Of a DNA stretch of 61,782 bases, positions 56,789-61,782 are shown piece by piece. The notes under the pieces are model-generated. The model saw only the letters and a list, made by a program, of their open reading frames with translations, was not told the origin of the DNA and searched no databases. Made by a program: the position numbers and the translations under genes. How positions within the stretch are numbered: position 1 is the first letter of the stretch; the number at the start of each line of letters is the position of its first letter. Origin of the DNA: a virus (Duplodnaviria > Caudoviricetes); the IMG/VR virus record IMGVR_UViG_3300023174_000175, positions 1 to 61,782 of that record. The stretch is one strand, 5' to 3'.

Positions 56789-58015
56789 TTAACCCATTGC
56801 TGGTTTATTTGGGTCTTTTTGATTAATAAATGGTCGGTCATTAAATAACCAATAGAACTTGTTACCCAAATCTTGACCTTTAGATTTAGCAACTTCGTCT
56901 GAAACAACATGAGGTTCAATCATTTTCACCTCAACTACCGTAAATTCTTTATCAGGTTGACGAGTCCATAAAGTAGCCGTTCTTTCCCAATCATTACCGC
57001 TATTTCTATCCAAACTAAAAGTTACATCTTTAGACTCAAAAGCACTCATGTCTTTTGCACCTAAAGCATCAAAAATTTGTTTCTTTTGAGTTTCAGATTT
57101 ATTATCTACCCAACCAGCACCAGTATCGTAAGCAACCCAAGCATCAGGGGTGCCATCAGTCCAAGAAACTTTTCTTGCTATGAGATGATGTCTAGCCCAA
57201 TAAGGCATTTTAACTTTGGTTACACCAACAACTTGAAATTTTCCACTAACAATAACTTCAGAATCTTGTGTGTAATAAGCATTATTACCAAACGCCCAGC
57301 CTTTAGCCCCAGCCTGAATTTTCATCAAAACAGCATTTTGACCTCGCCCACGCTCGGCCGCATACCATTGGGCCGCACCTTGAGAACGAGTAGTAGAAAC
57401 CAAAGGCATGTCAAAAACATCCCCTGTTTTAAGGTCTTTAAAATCTTGTGTGAGTTGGTCATCTTCTGAAGACTGCATGCCACGCCATAACACGGGTTGT
57501 GGTTTACTATTAGTAATTGCTTTTAATAAACCTTTTACTTCATTGCGGTTAGGGGCACCCCAACCACGCTCAAGCATGTATTCCAAATAACCGCCTTTGT
57601 CGTAAGGAGTTTTTGGAACAGGTAAGCCTAAAGCCTGACATGCGTATTTGCGAAATAATTCAACAAATTGAGTGCCGTCAGGTCCGTGTTCCCAAGCCTC
57701 TTGTGCCCTAGCAGTAAACCCACCAGCATTGCGAGGACTTGAAGGAACTGGGTCTAAAGGATTCCATGCATTTATTTCATGTGTAATGGCATCTGCCCAA
57801 TTACCATGAGTTGACTGGTCATGCTGACCAGCAAGATGTTTAGATACACCCTGCATACCCTCATCAAGCCACCACTGAAGAGCATCACCATGAGTATGCC
57901 CAATCAAAGCCCCAAAAGACATTTGGTCATTGTTAGCAAAAGTAATTATTGAATCTTCGGTCAATTCACCATTCCAAGACCATGAACCACCAAATTTAGA
58001 AATAATAGAATTCAT
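56789..58015 (-). CDS. Tagged ADP-ribosyltransferase-like protein
   Basis: LWRGM...LVSTT...LMKIQAGAKG...DSEVIV..KFQV. Confidence 0.7.
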   Translation of the reverse strand: MNSIISKFGGSWSWNGELTEDSIITFANNDQMSFGALIGHTHGDALQWWLDEGMQGVSKHLAGQHDQSTHGNWADAITHEINAWNPLDPVPSSPRNAGGFTARAQEAWEHGPDGTQFVELFRKYACQALGLPVPKTPYDKGGYLEYMLERGWGAPNRNEVKGLLKAITNSKPQPVLWRGMQSSEDDQLTQDFKDLKTGDVFDMPLVSTTRSQGAAQWYAAERGRGQNAVLMKIQAGAKGWAFGNNAYYTQDSEVIVSGKFQVVGVTKVKMPYWARHHLIARKVSWTDGTPDAWVAYDTGAGWVDNKSETQKKQIFDALGAKDMSAFESKDVTFSLDRNSGNDWERTATLWTRQPDKEFTVVEVKMIEPHVVSDEVAKSKGQDLGNKFYWLFNDRPFINQKDPNKPAMG

Positions 58016-58026
58016 TCAACATCAAC

Positions 58027-59580
58027 TCAATCTTTGTAACCGCTGTAAGTAAATGGGGGGTTTGAATCACGCGAATCGGGGTAGTCTAAACCATACTGCA
58101 AAAAATCTGATTGTTCTTGTAACTGAATGTTAGGTTCAACAATTATTTCAATACCAGCCCTTGTTAATTTATTTTTTGTTGTTTGATTAATGGCATCAGA
58201 ATTTTTAATAATAACTTGAGAAACATCTGAAAGTTTTATTCCACCATGAACTTGCGCTTCAACATAACCAGAAACAACATAAGAATAAAATTTATTTTTG
58301 CTACTAACAATTGCATCGTTAGAAGAATTGGTATTAAACATTGCCGTAGGGCGATAACTCCAACTGTCATAAAGACTTCTAACCACAGCATTTGGTGAAT
58401 CTAGCCAAAATCTGTCAGAAGAAATTTTTCCATCACGAACATCAGAAGCGACCCATCCAACTTTAGCCTGACCATCCATAGAATCACCAACCGTTATTGT
58501 TGTTCTATTTTTTGTTTCATCTTTCAAAACAAGACGGACATCACCAAAAATTTCATTCCCGTTGTTTGCAACATAGCCGTAAACTGGACGCTGTTCATCT
58601 GGAGTATCTGTAGGAACCCCAAGAATAGTTTCACGGCGTTCCCTACTGTCTAAATACTTTCCTCTAGCAGAACCCTTACCAATTGATGAAACCTCATAAA
58701 CCGTCTTAAATCTTTCATCTTTAATGAATCGTGCTAAACGAGCCGAAGTCATTTGAATAGTAACTGGTTGTTCAGAAACAATGGTTTTCAAAGTGTCTAA
58801 TTGACTTGCGCCAAATTTATCTAGAACTTGTTTAACGGTTTCACCAGAAGGAAATTTGTATGACTGCAATTTTTTAATTACAAAAGCATTTTCTTTAACC
58901 AACCATGTTTGATACTGTTCATTTGTTATCAAGCCATTGCGTATTAATTGACTTGCAACATTTTTTGTATCACCCAAATCTGTTAAAGGTCTGGGAGCAT
59001 AAAATGTTGGTGTATTTTTATTAGCAGGGTCATCATGCCATGCTTGAACTTTGGCATCGTAAGCATCTATCCATTCTTGTGGCATTTTAGGATAAGCAGG
59101 GTCATTTACGATAGATAGCATTACTGTTGTTTTTCCGTCAAAACCGTAATCGTTACGGATGTAATCTTCTTTGCCAGTTACTGCTTCGTAAGCCTTACGA
59201 GCAAGAAAATAATTTACACCCCAATACTCATCACCTGTAGGGAGTGTTCCGTCAGCCGACAATGGGTATTGATGTAAATTTTCATTAATAACCCCTTTGG
59301 ACTCTCTAGCAATTTGTGTTAAAAATGCGTTAACTGCTGGGTAGTAAGCATTTCCAGCCTGTTCATCATAAACAGGTTTGTCGGAAATAACTCGTGGATT
59401 TAACTGATAAGGCATTTCACCATGTGCCCAGTTACCATGGCTTGATTGGTCATGTTGCCCAGCAAGATGTTTGACCAAACTTAAAGGAGGAACAACAAAA
59501 ATTGTTTTAGCCACAGGTTTATCTAAGCCAAAAGTACAACCAATTTTTTGACCCGAAAACATTGGAGGACTTTGCAACAT
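58027..59580 (-). CDS. Tagged protein with DUF3626-like domain
   Basis: RFKT, RPVYGY, RTTITVGDS, YVEAQVHGG; start uncertain. Confidence 0.75.
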   Translation of the reverse strand: MLQSPPMFSGQKIGCTFGLDKPVAKTIFVVPPLSLVKHLAGQHDQSSHGNWAHGEMPYQLNPRVISDKPVYDEQAGNAYYPAVNAFLTQIARESKGVINENLHQYPLSADGTLPTGDEYWGVNYFLARKAYEAVTGKEDYIRNDYGFDGKTTVMLSIVNDPAYPKMPQEWIDAYDAKVQAWHDDPANKNTPTFYAPRPLTDLGDTKNVASQLIRNGLITNEQYQTWLVKENAFVIKKLQSYKFPSGETVKQVLDKFGASQLDTLKTIVSEQPVTIQMTSARLARFIKDERFKTVYEVSSIGKGSARGKYLDSRERRETILGVPTDTPDEQRPVYGYVANNGNEIFGDVRLVLKDETKNRTTITVGDSMDGQAKVGWVASDVRDGKISSDRFWLDSPNAVVRSLYDSWSYRPTAMFNTNSSNDAIVSSKNKFYSYVVSGYVEAQVHGGIKLSDVSQVIIKNSDAINQTTKNKLTRAGIEIIVEPNIQLQEQSDFLQYGLDYPDSRDSNPPFTYSGYKD

Positions 59581-59586
59581 ACTAAA

Positions 59587-61782
59587 TCACTTCTTCCATT
59601 TGTACTGCATACCCCATTTATCTTCTTTAGCCAAAGCCTGAACAATAGGAATTTCAGACTTACCATCAGTCATAAACCATTCAGCAAACGCTTCAGCATA
59701 ACCCTCGCCAGTATTGCTTCTACCATACGGACTTAACTGATTTTCATGAGCCATTAACATTAAACCTGTAGTTTGTTCGTTTTTGTAACCGCTTCCAGCC
59801 ATTGTTCCATTGCCACCTTTATGGAAAAGGGCATCGTAATTAGTTGCATGACCCCATTCATGAGCCAAAAAGTATTCCATAGCAAAAAATTGTTTGGCAT
59901 TGGCTGAAGGCATCCAACTCTGACGAGCCGTATCTTCATCAGCGTAATGATTCATGTCTTCAGGACGAACAGCAATAATAACTTTGTGAATTGCAGGTTT
60001 TACTAATTCACGAACAGTTCTAAGATTTTTTTCATCAAATACCGTTTTCATTTTTTCTGGTTCAGAAAAATTAACAGTCCAACCTCGTTGCATTTCGGAA
60101 TCATAATCAAAATCATTACTTACAACAATTTTTACTTCAGACATTGGTGACAACGGTGCAATTGTTTGCAAATCATGAACTAAAGCCAACACATCTCGTT
60201 TTTGGTCTTCAGTAATGTTGTCCCTGTTGTCAAAAAAAGTTGCAAAACTAGAACCGTTAATTTTTGATTCATGAACATCAGCGTTTTCAAGTACAAGGTC
60301 ATTTACGCCAAAAGCATGCCTAAAATCAGTTTTTGTTTTAGCCCAGTTGCCGTGGGTGGACTGGTCATGTTGACCTGCAAGATGTTTACTTACATCAGGC
60401 AACTCAATAAAAGAAGGGGGTGGTGTTTTACTAAAAGTATCAGCAATTAAAATACTTGAACCCATAGTTTTAACTAGATTAAAAACACCAGTATCCCAAC
60501 CATACTTTAAAGCCATTTCTTGAACATGAGGCAAAGAGGTTTGTCCAGCCGAAAAAAACCATTCCGCAAAAGCCTCGGCATAAGACTCCATTGTGTTTTC
60601 CATCCCATAAGTAGTTTGTCCTTCTTTTTTCCATTTCCATTCTGATTTGCTTTGAGCAAGATAATTTTTGTATTCATCATGAGCCAACTGGTCATCAACA
60701 AGTTGGCTTTGTGTTCTTTTATCAAGAGCGTGACCCCATTCGTGGGCTAAAACAGACATGATGTAATTTGCTTTTGAATCTGCACGGGCAGGGTCGCCTC
60801 CCCATAAATTATGTTCTTCCTGTATTGCTGTTTCCATACTGAGAACTATTTCGCCTTTACCCAAAGTACAAAAACCTACAACATCAGACAAATGACCTTT
60901 GGCTTTGTAATCTTCCATTTTGCTGTCATCAAATTCAACACGCATTCCTTCAATTGGAAAATGCGTTTGCAATTCGGCAATAGTTTGATAAATAAGTTTT
61001 TTTGTATCATCACTTATTGTTCCATCTACTTCTTCAAAACCAACAAAAACTCTAGGAAATTCACCAGCAACGATAACATCGTGAGCAATGCCCACCAGTG
61101 TTTCATCAGTTATGTCTTGTACTGAGTATTTTGCTTCGCCATGTGCCCAGTTACCGTGGGAACTTTGGTCGTGCTGACCTGCAAGATGCTTCACAATTTC
61201 ACTCCACGATTTACCTTCAGAAGTCAAATTTGATGAATGAGAAATAGTTATTCCAGATTGTTGACGAGCAAACTCCAACATTGCTGAAGCAATGCCAAGT
61301 CTTCTGTAACCTTTAGAAACATGAATAGTGTTAATTGTTGCTGAATCAGATTTTGTTGATTCCCAAGTTAATTTATCCATTGACGAAGGATTTATTCCTT
61401 GATAAGAACTATTTTCCCAATCAAAAGGACTTGTTTTAACTACAGGATTAAAAGATACATAACCACTTACTTGATTCCACACATTTGGATTACCAGCGTC
61501 AATTTCTTGATAAAATTCAAAATTGTATTTAGCACCATTTTTATCAGTGTAAATAGCAGTTGCTTTAGTAATGACAGATTTTTGTTTACCATCGTCACTT
61601 GTCCAAACATCTTTATTGCTTTTAACGGAACTAATGTTTGTTGTGCCACCAGCCCAATTGCCGTGGCTGGATTGGTCGTGTTGTCCTGACATGTGTTTGG
61701 TAAAAGCATCAACTACTGTCCAATTACCAACTTTTTGCCATTTATCAAATAGCCCAATTTTACTTGTTGTGCCATTTTTCTG
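59587..61782 (-). CDS. Three-tag polyprotein: GNAT acetyltransferase plus two HEWGH zinc metallopeptidases (starts at 253 across the join)
   Basis: HVSKGYRRLGIASAML; two copies of AHEWGHA...YG..N..E.YAEAFAEWF. Confidence 0.85.
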   Translation of the reverse strand, partial: QKNGTTSKIGLFDKWQKVGNWTVVDAFTKHMSGQHDQSSHGNWAGGTTNISSVKSNKDVWTSDDGKQKSVITKATAIYTDKNGAKYNFEFYQEIDAGNPNVWNQVSGYVSFNPVVKTSPFDWENSSYQGINPSSMDKLTWESTKSDSATINTIHVSKGYRRLGIASAMLEFARQQSGITISHSSNLTSEGKSWSEIVKHLAGQHDQSSHGNWAHGEAKYSVQDITDETLVGIAHDVIVAGEFPRVFVGFEEVDGTISDDTKKLIYQTIAELQTHFPIEGMRVEFDDSKMEDYKAKGHLSDVVGFCTLGKGEIVLSMETAIQEEHNLWGGDPARADSKANYIMSVLAHEWGHALDKRTQSQLVDDQLAHDEYKNYLAQSKSEWKWKKEGQTTYGMENTMESYAEAFAEWFFSAGQTSLPHVQEMALKYGWDTGVFNLVKTMGSSILIADTFSKTPPPSFIELPDVSKHLAGQHDQSTHGNWAKTKTDFRHAFGVNDLVLENADVHESKINGSSFATFFDNRDNITEDQKRDVLALVHDLQTIAPLSPMSEVKIVVSNDFDYDSEMQRGWTVNFSEPEKMKTVFDEKNLRTVRELVKPAIHKVIIAVRPEDMNHYADEDTARQSWMPSANAKQFFAMEYFLAHEWGHATNYDALFHKGGNGTMAGSGYKNEQTTGLMLMAHENQLSPYGRSNTGEGYAEAFAEWFMTDGKSEIPIVQALAKEDKWGMQYKWKK

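Noticed and set aside
49635-61782. Tag repeats as a CRISPR array or non-coding DNA repeat
   Set aside because: Copies are in frame, vary at synonymous sites, are spaced hundreds to over a thousand bp apart, and no cas genes are present.
49635-61782. Tags as intein or self-splicing boundaries
   Set aside because: No C/S-start or HN-C/S/T intein motifs and no HINT domain are recognisable.
1-61782. Alternative genetic code
   Set aside because: Standard-code ORFs tile the genome densely, and all three stop codons are used at coupled gene junctions.

Overview
The window appears to be a complete circular genome (about 61,631 bp; 151-bp end overlap) of a tailed siphovirus-like phage. WhiB, an actinobacterial-type SSB, a DUF732 lipoprotein and an Rpf/APF-like transglycosylase in a low-GC genome suggest a low-GC Actinomycetota host. 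No integrase is visible and almost all genes are on the minus strand. The standout feature is a ~17-kb array (49635-61631 continuing through 1-4890, about 27% of the genome) between a short MuF head gene and the prohead protease. Ten consecutive genes carry 18 copies of a 16-aa tag, [hydrophobic]-x-K|HLxGQHDQS[ST]HG[NSD]W[AS]. Each copy precedes a different enzyme-like module: several ADP-ribosyltransferases, DUF3626, HExxH metallopeptidases, GNAT, ParB-like and zeta-toxin kinase. Paralogous modules are followed by related short peptides. My inference is a protease-processed, tag-addressed, shuffleable set of virion-packaged effectors. Other notable items are a C5-methyltransferase with Arg at the motif-X Asn next to a CmoA-like gene (candidate DNA carboxymethylation), a gene nested in that methyltransferase, GGCC-dependent word avoidance, a Com-like zinc finger with clustered GTGNCC sites, a probable +1 tail-chaperone frameshift and repeated promoter-RBS cassettes. 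All domain calls and word counts were made by eye, without searches.
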